Origin: Candidatus Nanopelagicales bacterium
Lineage (GTDB): Bacteria > Actinomycetota > Actinomycetes > S36-B12 > CAIYMF01
Length of the DNA stretch: 64,000 nucleotides
NCBI GenBank assembly: GCA_038316965.1
Contig: JBBQAY010000003.1
Span: forward strand, 25,335-89,334
Direction: 5' to 3'
The notes beneath the pieces are model-generated. The model was not told where the DNA came from, did not search any database, and saw only the letters and a program-made list of their open reading frames with translations. Shown piece after piece: positions 9,343-18,468 of the stretch. The translations under genes and the position numbers were made by a program. Each line of letters begins with the position of its first letter. Position 1 is the first letter of the stretch.

Positions 9343-10611
9343 GTGACCACTACCGACAACGCCACGACCGCAGACCGCGTCGTGCGCACCGACGTGCTCG
9401 TCGTCGGCGCCGGCCCCGGTGGCGCCTCCGCGGCGACCCACCTCGCGCGGCTCGGGCGCGACGTGCTCCTGGTCGACGGCGCCGTCTTCCCTCGCGACAA
9501 GCCCTGTGGCGACGGCCTCACGCCGCGCGCGATCGCGGAGCTGCACCACCTCAAGCTCGACCATGTGCTCGAGGGCGCACCCGTCAACGACGGCCTCCGC
9601 GGTCACGGCTTCGGCAAGAGCCTGATGCTGCCGTGGAACGGCCCGAACCTGCCCAAGCACGGCTCGGCCATCGCCCGCACGGTTCTCGACAACGCCCTGC
9701 GTGATGCGGCGCTCGACGCCGGAGCCACGGGCCTCGACGGGCACCGCGCGGTCGACGTCGAGCTCACGGGTGGACGCCTCACGGCCGTGATCCTGCGGGG
9801 TGCCGACGGTGTCGTCCGCGTCGAGGCCGAGCACGTGATCGTGGCCGACGGCGGCAAGTCGCACCTCGGCCGCCTGCTCGGTCGCACCTGGCACCAGGAG
9901 ACGGTCTTCGGCGTCGCGTCGCGCGCGTACGCGACGAGCCCGATGGCCGACGACCCGTGGATCACCTCTCACCTCGAGCTGCGCGACGAGACCGGCCGCA
10001 TGATGGGCGGCTACGGCTGGGTCTTCCCGCTCGGCAACGGCATGGTCAACGTCGGCGCCGGCACGCTCGCCACGAAGAAGCGCCCCGCCAACATCAACCT
10101 CCGCAAGCTCACCGAGGAGTACGCGCGCCAGCGCCAGGACGAGTGGCAGCTCGGCGAACTCACCGGCTACGGCTCGGCACCCCTTCCGATGGGCGGCGCA
10201 GTCAGCGGTGTGGCCGGCCCCAACTGGATGCTGATCGGCGATGCCGCCGGGTGCATCAACCCGCTCAACGGCGAAGGCATCGACTACGCCCTCGAGACCG
10301 GTCGCCTCGCCGCCGAGCACATCGTGAACAGCAGGCCGAACGCCGACCTCACTGCCTCGTGGGCCGGCGTCCTCGACGAGGAGTACGGCGAGGCCTTCTC
10401 GATCGCGCGCCGGCTCGGCAGCCTCATCACGCACGAGCGGCTGCTCGCGATGTCGGGCCCCATCGGCATGCGCATCCCGATGATCATGGCCGTGGCCTTC
10501 CGCGTCATGGGCAACCTCGTGACGCCCGAGGACCGCGACCTCGTCGCGCGCAGCTGGCGTACGGCGGGCAAGGCGTCGCTGCGGCTCGACCGTCGACGCC
10601 CCTTCCACTGA
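9343..10611 (+). CDS. Geranylgeranyl reductase family FAD protein (MenJ-like)
   Basis: GAGPGG, FPRDKPCGDGLTPRA, GYGWVFP, GDAAGCINPLNGEGIDY. Confidence 0.85.
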   Translation: MTTTDNATTADRVVRTDVLVVGAGPGGASAATHLARLGRDVLLVDGAVFPRDKPCGDGLTPRAIAELHHLKLDHVLEGAPVNDGLRGHGFGKSLMLPWNGPNLPKHGSAIARTVLDNALRDAALDAGATGLDGHRAVDVELTGGRLTAVILRGADGVVRVEAEHVIVADGGKSHLGRLLGRTWHQETVFGVASRAYATSPMADDPWITSHLELRDETGRMMGGYGWVFPLGNGMVNVGAGTLATKKRPANINLRKLTEEYARQRQDEWQLGELTGYGSAPLPMGGAVSGVAGPNWMLIGDAAGCINPLNGEGIDYALETGRLAAEHIVNSRPNADLTASWAGVLDEEYGEAFSIARRLGSLITHERLLAMSGPIGMRIPMIMAVAFRVMGNLVTPEDRDLVARSWRTAGKASLRLDRRRPFH

Positions 10612-10650
10612 TCTGCGGGCGTCACCGTACGTGGGTGGCGAACGCGTCGC

Positions 10651-10739
10651 AGAGCGCACGCTCGTTACCCACCCGGGGCGGTGTTCGCCTAGCTGGGTCG
10701 GAAAACCGTCGTGGAGCGCACGCTGGCTACCCGGCTAAC
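10651..10739. repeat. REP-like dispersed repeat, same family as 57051-57102
   Basis: 10714-10739 matches 57077-57102 at 24/26 nt; a partial copy lies at 10651-10670. Confidence 0.65.
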
Positions 10740-10748
10740 GTGGGCGGC

Positions 10749-11525
10749 ATGTCCTCGACCGCCGACAAGGCTGCCCGGCTCCAGCGTCTGCACTCCGACC
10801 CCGAGCTGCTCGTGCTCGTCAACGTGTGGGACGTCGTCACCGCCAAGGTCGTCGCGGCGAACTCCGACGTACGAGCCATCGCGACCGCGAGCCACTCGAT
10901 CGCCGCTGCCCTCGGCTACCCGGACGGCGAGGTGATCCCCCGGGACGAGATGCTCGCGGTGGTCGCGCGCATCGTTGCTGCTGTCGACCTGCCCGTGACG
11001 GCCGACCTCGAGGCGGGGTACGGCGACGCCGGCGAAACCGCGCGCCGCGCGATCGACGTCGGTGTCGTGGGGATGAACCTCGAGGACGAGTGCAAGCCCC
11101 TGCCCGACGCGGTCGCCGCCGTGAAGGCGGTAGTGGCTGCTGGGGAGGCGGCCGGCGTGCCGTTCGTCCTCAATGCGCGGACCGACGCGTTCCTGCGCGC
11201 TGGCGACAAGGATCCCGACGCGGTCCTCGCTGATGCGATCGAACGGGGAAAGGCCTACCTGGACGCCGGTGCCTCGACCTTCTTCGCTCCCGGAAAGCTC
11301 GACGAGGCGCAGGTGGAGGCGATCGTCGCGGTCGTGGGGCGCCAGAAGCTCAACCTCATCGCCGTCCCCGGCGCGCTTCCGCTCGAGACCATGGCGCGCC
11401 TCGGCGTCGCGCGCGTGTCCTTCGGCCCGTGGAGCCAGAACGTCGCGCTCACGGCGTACGCCGATCTCGTGGCGTCGGCGGTTGCAGGCGGTGGTGTGCC
11501 TGACGGCACTCGCCGACTCAACTGA
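10749..11525 (+). CDS. Isocitrate lyase/PEP mutase family protein
   Basis: NVWD, ATAS, ADLEAGYG, NLED, NARTD motifs. Confidence 0.87.
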   Translation: MSSTADKAARLQRLHSDPELLVLVNVWDVVTAKVVAANSDVRAIATASHSIAAALGYPDGEVIPRDEMLAVVARIVAAVDLPVTADLEAGYGDAGETARRAIDVGVVGMNLEDECKPLPDAVAAVKAVVAAGEAAGVPFVLNARTDAFLRAGDKDPDAVLADAIERGKAYLDAGASTFFAPGKLDEAQVEAIVAVVGRQKLNLIAVPGALPLETMARLGVARVSFGPWSQNVALTAYADLVASAVAGGGVPDGTRRLN

Positions 11526-11532
11526 CCTCGGT

Positions 11533-13389
11533 CTACAGGTCGATCCGCGTGCCGATCGCGATGACGCGGTCCGAGGGCAGGCCGAAGAACTGCGACGGCG
11601 CCTGGGAGTTGCGGTGGAGGAAGGCGAAGAACTTCTCGCGCCGCTCCGGAACCGATCCCGCGTCCGACCCGACGAACTTGCGCTCCGACAGGTAGTACGT
11701 GGCCACCGACTCGACACCGCCGAGCGCCGAGGCGCGGAGCGCGGCCGGGATGTCAGGAGTCTCCATGTAGCCGACGGGGATGATGACCCGCTTCACGCGC
11801 TTCATGACGTCGACCACCTCGGGAGGGGAGTCGGCGACGGGCATGCCGACCGTCTTCACCGTGACGACGAAGACCTCGGCCGGCATGGCGTGGAGCACCT
11901 TGATCTGGGAGCTCAGCGCGGCAGGGACGTCCTCGGCCGGCGACGCGAGGTAGACCCCCACGCCCGGCACCCGGGTGATGCTGCCGTGACGCAGCTCCTC
12001 CTCGATGCTGGGCCAGTGGACGGCGGTGCGCGCCATGTAGTTGTTGAGCGCGCGGTAGCCGTTGGACCAGCCGACCATCACGAGCATCACCACCGCGCCG
12101 AACGCGACGGGGACCCAACCTCCCCTGAGCAGGTTCGACAGCGTGCCGATCAGGAACGTGAAGTCGACCACGAGGAACACGGCCGTCAGCGGCCAGAGGC
12201 GGTACGCCGGCCAGTCCCATGTGCGGCTTGCGACGGCGTGGAACGCGATCGTGGTGATGAACATCGTGCCGGCGATGGCGAGGACGTACGCGTGCGCGAG
12301 TGCTGACGACGACTGGAACAGCAGCACCACGGCGACGCACAATGCGCCTACCGCGAAGTTCACGAACGGGACGTAGATCTGGCCCTCGTGGTCTGCGTGA
12401 GTGTGCTTGATGGTGAGGCGTGGCAGCACGCCGAGCTGGATCCCTTGGCGCGCAAGGGAGAACACGCCGGTGATGAGGGCCTGCGAGGCGACGACGGTCG
12501 CGGCGGTCGCGAGGATGACCAGCGGCAGGGTGCCCCCGTCGGGTGCGAGGCCGAAGAACGGGTTCTCTGCCTTGTCGGGCTGCTCGAGCACCAGGGCCGC
12601 CTGGCCGAGGTAGCACAGCACGAGCGAAGGACCGACGAGCAGCGCCCACGACAGGCGGATCGGGCGCCGACCGAAGTGGCCCATGTCGGCGTACAGCGCC
12701 TCCGCTCCGGTGACCGCGAGGATCACCGACGACGCGACCGCGAGCGACTGCCAGCCGTGCGCGGTGATGTAGCCGATTCCGTACGTCGGCGACAGCGCGA
12801 GCAGGGCGTCCGGGCGCGCCGCGAGGCGGAAGATGCCGAGGCCGGCGAGCACGAAGAACCACAGCACCATGACCGGCCCGAAGAACTGTCCGATGCGGTG
12901 GGTGCCGCGCGACTGCACCGAGAACAGCGCGACGAGGATCACGACGGCGATCTCGACGGCGTACTGGCCGAGCCCGGGCCTGACGAGCTCGAGGCCCTCG
13001 GTGGCAGACAGCACGCTGATCGCGGGCGTGAGCACGCCGTCGCCGAACAGCAGCGCCGTGCCGACCAGGACGAGCAGGAAGAGCACGCGCTCCCTGCCGG
13101 TCGAGCTCTCGCGGATTCGACGGGGCATCAGCGCGAGGAGGCTGAGGATGCCGCCCTCGCCGTGGTTGTCGGCGCGCATGACGACGAGCAGGTACTTGAT
13201 CGTCACCACGATCATCAGCGCCCAGAAGATCAGCGAGACGAGCCCGAAGACGTCGTCGAGGTTGCGTCCGCTCGTGGCGTACGACTCCTTGAACGCGTAC
13301 AGCGGGCTGGTGCCGATGTCGCCGAAGACGACGCCCGTGGCGCCGAGGGTGAGCGCGAGGACGCCGGTCCTGCTCTTCGGCTCGGCCAC
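11533..13389 (-). CDS. kup: KUP/HAK/KT potassium transporter
   Basis: GVVFGDIGTSPLY, DNHGEGG, GDGVLTPAISVLSA, EALYADMGHF. Confidence 0.95.
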   Translation of the reverse strand: MAEPKSRTGVLALTLGATGVVFGDIGTSPLYAFKESYATSGRNLDDVFGLVSLIFWALMIVVTIKYLLVVMRADNHGEGGILSLLALMPRRIRESSTGRERVLFLLVLVGTALLFGDGVLTPAISVLSATEGLELVRPGLGQYAVEIAVVILVALFSVQSRGTHRIGQFFGPVMVLWFFVLAGLGIFRLAARPDALLALSPTYGIGYITAHGWQSLAVASSVILAVTGAEALYADMGHFGRRPIRLSWALLVGPSLVLCYLGQAALVLEQPDKAENPFFGLAPDGGTLPLVILATAATVVASQALITGVFSLARQGIQLGVLPRLTIKHTHADHEGQIYVPFVNFAVGALCVAVVLLFQSSSALAHAYVLAIAGTMFITTIAFHAVASRTWDWPAYRLWPLTAVFLVVDFTFLIGTLSNLLRGGWVPVAFGAVVMLVMVGWSNGYRALNNYMARTAVHWPSIEEELRHGSITRVPGVGVYLASPAEDVPAALSSQIKVLHAMPAEVFVVTVKTVGMPVADSPPEVVDVMKRVKRVIIPVGYMETPDIPAALRASALGGVESVATYYLSERKFVGSDAGSVPERREKFFAFLHRNSQAPSQFFGLPSDRVIAIGTRIDL

Positions 13390-13501
13390 TGCGGAAGGGT
13401 ATCCACCCCGGCAGGGCCCGGCCACGTCAGCAGGCATCCCGGTGGCACTGCGCGGCCACGGGGGTGAAGACTGGAGGGGAAGACGACCCTGGGAGTGCAC
13501 C

Positions 13502-13687
13502 GTGGAAGACAAGACCGAGTCGGGCGCCAGCGCCGACACCAAGGCCAAGTACCTCGAGGCTCTCGAGCGCAAGAAGAAGGGTCACGCCAAGCCCGGCGAG
13601 CACAAGCACGACGGCGCTGACCATGCCCACGGCGAGCACGGGGCTGTCGGCGGCAAGCGTGAGTTCCGCCGCAAGTCCGGCGGCTGA
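13502..13687 (+). CDS. Small basic actinobacterial protein (DUF5302-like)
   Basis: KAKYLEALERK...KREFRRKSGG pattern. Confidence 0.75.
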   Translation: MEDKTESGASADTKAKYLEALERKKKGHAKPGEHKHDGADHAHGEHGAVGGKREFRRKSGG

Positions 13688-13781
13688 GCCCCTCCGAGCC
13701 TGAAGAGGACCTGCTCTCCGTCACGTACCGGCTGCGTCAAACGGCTCTGCTCCGACCGCGCGCACCGGCACGATGGCCCCC

Positions 13782-15278
13782 ATGACTGGGAACCCGGCTC
13801 AGACGATCGCCTACCCCGCACCCGGCTCCCGGCCGCGCAAGCAGAGCTCGGAGCGCACGCCGCCGCACGTCATCGTGCTGTTCGGCGCCACGGGTGACCT
13901 GTCGCGCCGCAAGCTGCTGCCCGGCCTCGCGCACCTCACCACCTCCGCGCTCGCGCCCGACATCCGTGTCGTGGCGACGTCCCTCGAGGACTACGACGAC
14001 GAGTCGTTCCGTCGGTTCGCCAAGGAGGCGATCGAGGAGTTCGGCACCCACGGCCTCGCCGACGAGGCGTTGCAGGCGCTCTCCGACCAGCTCAGCTACG
14101 TCCCCACGGCCGCCGGGCCGGAGGCGCTCGCTGCCGTCGTCAACCGCGAGCGAGAGGCGCTGGGCGAGGACGCGCACCTCCTGCACTACCTGAGCGTGCC
14201 GCCGCGGTCCGCGTTCGAGGTGATCGCCATGCTTCGCGAGGCGAATCTCGTCGACGGTGCCCGCGTGGTGATGGAGAAGCCGTTCGGCACCGACCTCGAG
14301 AGCGCGATCCATCTCAACGATCACCTGCACGAGACGTTCAGCGAGGAGCAGATCTTCCGCATCGACCACTTCCTCGGGAAGGAGGCCGCGCAGAACATCC
14401 TCGCCTTCCGCTTCGCCAACGGGCTGTTCGAGCCGATCTGGAACCGCAACTTCATCGACCACGTGCAGATCGACATCCCGGAGACCCTCGACCTCGGCAA
14501 GCGGTCGGGGTTCTACGAGGCGACCGGTGCGTACAAGGACATGGTCGTCACCCACCTCTTCCAGGTGCTGGCGTTCGTGGCGATGGAGCCGCCGACCGCC
14601 CTCGAGCCGCGGGCGATCAGCGAGGAGAAGAACAAGGTCTTCCGGTCGCTGCTGCCGATCGATCCCGCGAACGTCGTACGCGGCCAGGTGGCCGGCTACA
14701 AGGACCAGCCGGGCGTGGCTCCCGACTCCGACACCGAGACCTTCATCGCGCTTCGCTGCGACATCGACAACTGGCGCTGGGCGGGCGTGCCGTTCTACCT
14801 GCGCACCGGCAAGCAGATGGCCGAGGGCCAGCGCATCATCTCGATCGCCTTCAAGGAGGCGCCGCGCACGATGTTCGCCGCCAACTCCGGCGTGGGTGCG
14901 GCCGGCCCGGACCACCTCACCTTCGACCTGGCCGACGCCTCGAAGGTGTCGCTGTCGTTCTACGGCAAGCGCCCCGGCCCGGGCATGCTCCTCGAGAAGC
15001 TGTCGATGCAGTTCTCCACCCAGGACACCGAGCGGGCCGGCGACGTGCTCGAGGCGTACGAGCGGCTCCTGCTCGATGCCATGCGCGGCGACCACACGCT
15101 GTTCACGACGTCCGAGGGCATCGAGAGCCTGTGGGCCCGGTCACAGGACCTGCTCGACGACCCGCCGCCGGTCAAGCCGTACGGGGCCGGCACCTGGGGG
15201 CCGAACGCCATCCACCAGCTCGTGGCCCCGCACGCCTGGCGCCTGCCGTTCGAACGGGTCTGGCGCGAGCAGAGGTAG
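13782..15278 (+). CDS. zwf: Glucose-6-phosphate 1-dehydrogenase
   Basis: GATGDL, EKPFG, RIDHFLGKE, RWAGVPFYLRTGK. Confidence 0.95.
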   Translation: MTGNPAQTIAYPAPGSRPRKQSSERTPPHVIVLFGATGDLSRRKLLPGLAHLTTSALAPDIRVVATSLEDYDDESFRRFAKEAIEEFGTHGLADEALQALSDQLSYVPTAAGPEALAAVVNREREALGEDAHLLHYLSVPPRSAFEVIAMLREANLVDGARVVMEKPFGTDLESAIHLNDHLHETFSEEQIFRIDHFLGKEAAQNILAFRFANGLFEPIWNRNFIDHVQIDIPETLDLGKRSGFYEATGAYKDMVVTHLFQVLAFVAMEPPTALEPRAISEEKNKVFRSLLPIDPANVVRGQVAGYKDQPGVAPDSDTETFIALRCDIDNWRWAGVPFYLRTGKQMAEGQRIISIAFKEAPRTMFAANSGVGAAGPDHLTFDLADASKVSLSFYGKRPGPGMLLEKLSMQFSTQDTERAGDVLEAYERLLLDAMRGDHTLFTTSEGIESLWARSQDLLDDPPPVKPYGAGTWGPNAIHQLVAPHAWRLPFERVWREQR

Positions 15279-15393
15279 AACGCTGCGAAACGGGGCATTC
15301 TTCGATACCCGGGTGGGTCTGGGACACTGCACGGCGGGAATCAACCCGTCCGGCAGCGTGGCCGGGCCGGAGACCGTGGAGTGAAGGAGCACC

Positions 15394-16320
15394 GTGAGCG
15401 GAACGTGGGTCGTCGTCCCGGCGCTCGACGAGGCCGAGAACCTCGAGGTGCTGGTGCCGCGCATCCTCGAGAACATCGCCCGGATCCCCGGCGGTGGGCA
15501 CGTGCTCGTGGTCGACGACGGCTCCCGCGACAACACGCCTGAGGTCATGGCGGCGCTCGTCGCGGCTCACGCGTGCGTCCACGTCGACCGGTCGACCCGC
15601 AATCGCGGCAAGGCCGCCGCCATGCAGCGCGGCTTCGCCCAGGCCCTGGACGCCGGTGCCACAGCCATCGTGATGATGGACGCCGACGGCCAGGACGACC
15701 CCGAGGAGCTGCCCCGGCTCGTGGCCCGCCTCGACGAGGGCTTCGACCTCGTGACGGGTGCCCGCCTCGAGCGGCACGACCGCTTCATCAAGCGCCACAC
15801 GTCCCGGCTGTACAACTGGGCGACCGGTCGGCTCTCCGGCGCGCCGGGCCGTGACTTCAACTCCGGCTTCAAGGCCATGCGTCCCGACGTCGCCCGCGAC
15901 GTCAGCCCGATGCTGTACGGCGAGCTGCACCGCTACGTCACCGTCATCGCGCACTGGCTCGGCTACCGCATCACCGAGGAGCCGGTCGAGCACCACGAGC
16001 GCATGTTCGGAAAGTCGAAGTACGGCATCGCCCGCTTCTTCCGCGGGTTCATGGATCTCATGACCGTGCGCTTCCTCATGAGCTACGAGCACCGCCCGTC
16101 CCACCTGTTCGGCGGCATCGGCCTGGGTTCCCTGTTCCTCGGCGTCGTGGTCCTGGGCTACCTGACGGTCCTGCGCTTCATGGGCTCCGCGATCGGCGAC
16201 CGCCCGGCGCTGATCGCAGGCGTGCTGCTCGTCGTCGTCGGTGTGCAGCTGCTGCTGTTCGGCCTGCTTGCCGAGCTCGTCGTCTACAACCGTCAGCGGG
16301 ACGGGCGCGCCAAGTCGTGA
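15394..16320 (+). CDS. GT2 polyprenol-phosphate glycosyltransferase (DPM1/ArnC/GtrB-like)
   Basis: VVDDGSRD, MDADGQDDP, DFNSGFKA; two C-terminal TM helices. Confidence 0.9.
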   Translation: MSGTWVVVPALDEAENLEVLVPRILENIARIPGGGHVLVVDDGSRDNTPEVMAALVAAHACVHVDRSTRNRGKAAAMQRGFAQALDAGATAIVMMDADGQDDPEELPRLVARLDEGFDLVTGARLERHDRFIKRHTSRLYNWATGRLSGAPGRDFNSGFKAMRPDVARDVSPMLYGELHRYVTVIAHWLGYRITEEPVEHHERMFGKSKYGIARFFRGFMDLMTVRFLMSYEHRPSHLFGGIGLGSLFLGVVVLGYLTVLRFMGSAIGDRPALIAGVLLVVVGVQLLLFGLLAELVVYNRQRDGRAKS

Positions 16321-18464
16321 GCACCAGGCTCGACGTCCGCCTTCGCGCCGACGCAGCGACCCGCCTCTCGGACCCACGTGTCCCGACGGCGCTGCTCGTG
16401 CTCGCCGGCGTCGTCGTGGCCGTGAACGTCGCGGTCCTGTTCCTCGGCGCCTGGGGGATCGGCGTCACGACCGACGAACCGATCCACGTCGACCGGCTCC
16501 AGCACTGGTTCGACCAGGGCTGGTACGCACCGGGAGACCAGCTCGCCGGCGGCGAGCCCGACCCGTCGGTCTCGGGCCTGTACGTCTACGGCCCCGTGGC
16601 TGCGCTGGTGGCCCACGTCGTCTCCGTGCTCGGGGGCACCGAGTCGTGGGGTGGCGTGTCCGGAGCGCCCGAGGCGTATGCGACACGGCACATCGCCGTC
16701 GCGCTGTTCAGCCTGCTCGGGGTCGCGGCCGTCGCGGCGACCGTGCGGCTCCTCGTGGGCTCCTGGCGGTGGGCACTGGTCGCAGCCGCCATCCTGACGG
16801 CGATCCCGACCTGGACCGGGCACGGGATGTTCAACATCAAGGACACCCCGGTCGCGGCCGGCTACACCGTGGTCACCCTCGGGCTCGTCGCCCTCGCACG
16901 GCCGTCGGCTCCGGGATCGCGGCGCCTGCGCGTGCTGGGCGGGTCCGCCGTCGCCCTCGGCTCGACCCTCCTGGTGGGGACCCGGCCGGGCACGTGGGTG
17001 GCGCTGCTGCTGAGCATCGCCTTCCTGCTCCTGCTCACCTGGGGCGTCGACCTGCTCGGCCCCGACCGGTCGGCGGCCGCGGGGCGTCTGCGGTCGAGGG
17101 CCGCCGCGGCGGTGCTCGGCCTCGCGGCGTCGTGGCTGGTGCTGCTGATCGTCTACCCCAAGCTGTTCGCCGTGCCGGGTCGGCTCGTGGCGGCGTTCGC
17201 CGACTCCGCGGACTATCCGTGGAAGGACACGATCCTCACCGCCGGCATGACCCTGTCGATGCCGCCGCCGCCTTACTACCTGCCGCTCTGGTTCGCCGCG
17301 CAGACCCCGGTCGTCGTGCTGCTGCTCGCACTCGTCGGCATCGTGAGCCCGGTCGTCCTGCTGCTGCGCCTCCGCGGCGGCGGCGCCCCGGCCGACGCCG
17401 CGCTCGCCACCGGGCAGGCGATGGTCTCGGCGCAGGCCCTTCTGCTGCCGCTCGGCGCGATCCTCACGTCCGCCGTCCTGTACGACGGGACCCGTCAGGT
17501 GCTGTTCGTGCTGCCGGCTCTTGCCGTGTCCGCGACCGTTGCCAGCTGGCTCGGGATGCGCCGGCTCGCGGAGACCGAGCGCCCTCGCCTGCGCACCTGG
17601 CTGGTGTGGGCGCTGGGCCTCTCACTGGTGGTGCCCACGGTGACCGCGGCACGGCTCTTCCCCTACAGCTACAGCTGGTTCAACGGCGCCGCGTCGGCCG
17701 TTCCCGTGGACGGCGCCTGGATGACCGACTACTGGTCGGCGAGCAATCGCGAGGCGATCCCGCTCCTTCCTGCGGGCTCGGAGCAGAGCTGCCACGAGTG
17801 GACGCCGGCGGCGCAGCTGCTGGCGTGCGACGACTTCGCCGAGCAGGCCGTCTTCTGGCCCACGCGCGGCACCGGGATCGACGCCTCGGCCCTCGGGGCG
17901 GGCGAGTACGCGCAGCTGTCGTTCAACCGGGGGAGCGTCGTGCCTCCGGACGGCTGCACCGAGGTCGCTGCCGTCAGTCGTCCGCTGTTCTTCCGCGAGA
18001 TCACGATGAGCTTCACCATGCGCTGCGACGTCCCGCTGCTCCCGTATCCCACTGGTGGCCTCGACGCCGGCGTGGGCGGGCGGGGCTACCTCCTGTGGGG
18101 ATGGCAGACGGAGAACGAGCCGGATGTCGCCTGGTCCGGCTCCCAGCACGCCGACCTCGGCTTCACCGTCCCGTCGTCCGTGGTGGCGAAGGACGCCGTC
18201 CTCAGGCTCGACGCCGCACCCGTGCTGCGCGACGGCGAGGCCGCGGCCACCCTCGAGGTGCTCGTGAACGGCGCCTCGGTAGGCCGCTTCTCGTACTCCG
18301 ACGACGCCCTGCGCACCCTCAACGTCCGAGTGCCCGCGGACGTGCTCGGCGCCCTCGGCGGTGGTCGCGTGGTCGTCCGGGTGGCTGTCGACGACGCCGT
18401 GACCCCCGATCGCTCCGCACGCACGTTCCGGGTCGGCGGCGTCCGCCTGGCGACGGGAGAGTGA
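16317..18464 (+). CDS. GT-C-fold (PMT/ArnT-like) membrane glycosyltransferase, paralog 1
   Basis: DEP motif after TM1, YVYGP, GHGMFNIKD, YDGTRQ; multiple TMs plus a C-terminal soluble domain. Confidence 0.7.
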   Translation: MSTRLDVRLRADAATRLSDPRVPTALLVLAGVVVAVNVAVLFLGAWGIGVTTDEPIHVDRLQHWFDQGWYAPGDQLAGGEPDPSVSGLYVYGPVAALVAHVVSVLGGTESWGGVSGAPEAYATRHIAVALFSLLGVAAVAATVRLLVGSWRWALVAAAILTAIPTWTGHGMFNIKDTPVAAGYTVVTLGLVALARPSAPGSRRLRVLGGSAVALGSTLLVGTRPGTWVALLLSIAFLLLLTWGVDLLGPDRSAAAGRLRSRAAAAVLGLAASWLVLLIVYPKLFAVPGRLVAAFADSADYPWKDTILTAGMTLSMPPPPYYLPLWFAAQTPVVVLLLALVGIVSPVVLLLRLRGGGAPADAALATGQAMVSAQALLLPLGAILTSAVLYDGTRQVLFVLPALAVSATVASWLGMRRLAETERPRLRTWLVWALGLSLVVPTVTAARLFPYSYSWFNGAASAVPVDGAWMTDYWSASNREAIPLLPAGSEQSCHEWTPAAQLLACDDFAEQAVFWPTRGTGIDASALGAGEYAQLSFNRGSVVPPDGCTEVAAVSRPLFFREITMSFTMRCDVPLLPYPTGGLDAGVGGRGYLLWGWQTENEPDVAWSGSQHADLGFTVPSSVVAKDAVLRLDAAPVLRDGEAAATLEVLVNGASVGRFSYSDDALRTLNVRVPADVLGALGGGRVVVRVAVDDAVTPDRSARTFRVGGVRLATGE

Positions 18465-18468
18465 CGGC

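Noticed and set aside
13390-13500. c-di-AMP (ydaO) riboswitch upstream of kup
   Set aside because: Conserved GAAUC...GGAAC-GGGG elements are not seen, and the gap is short
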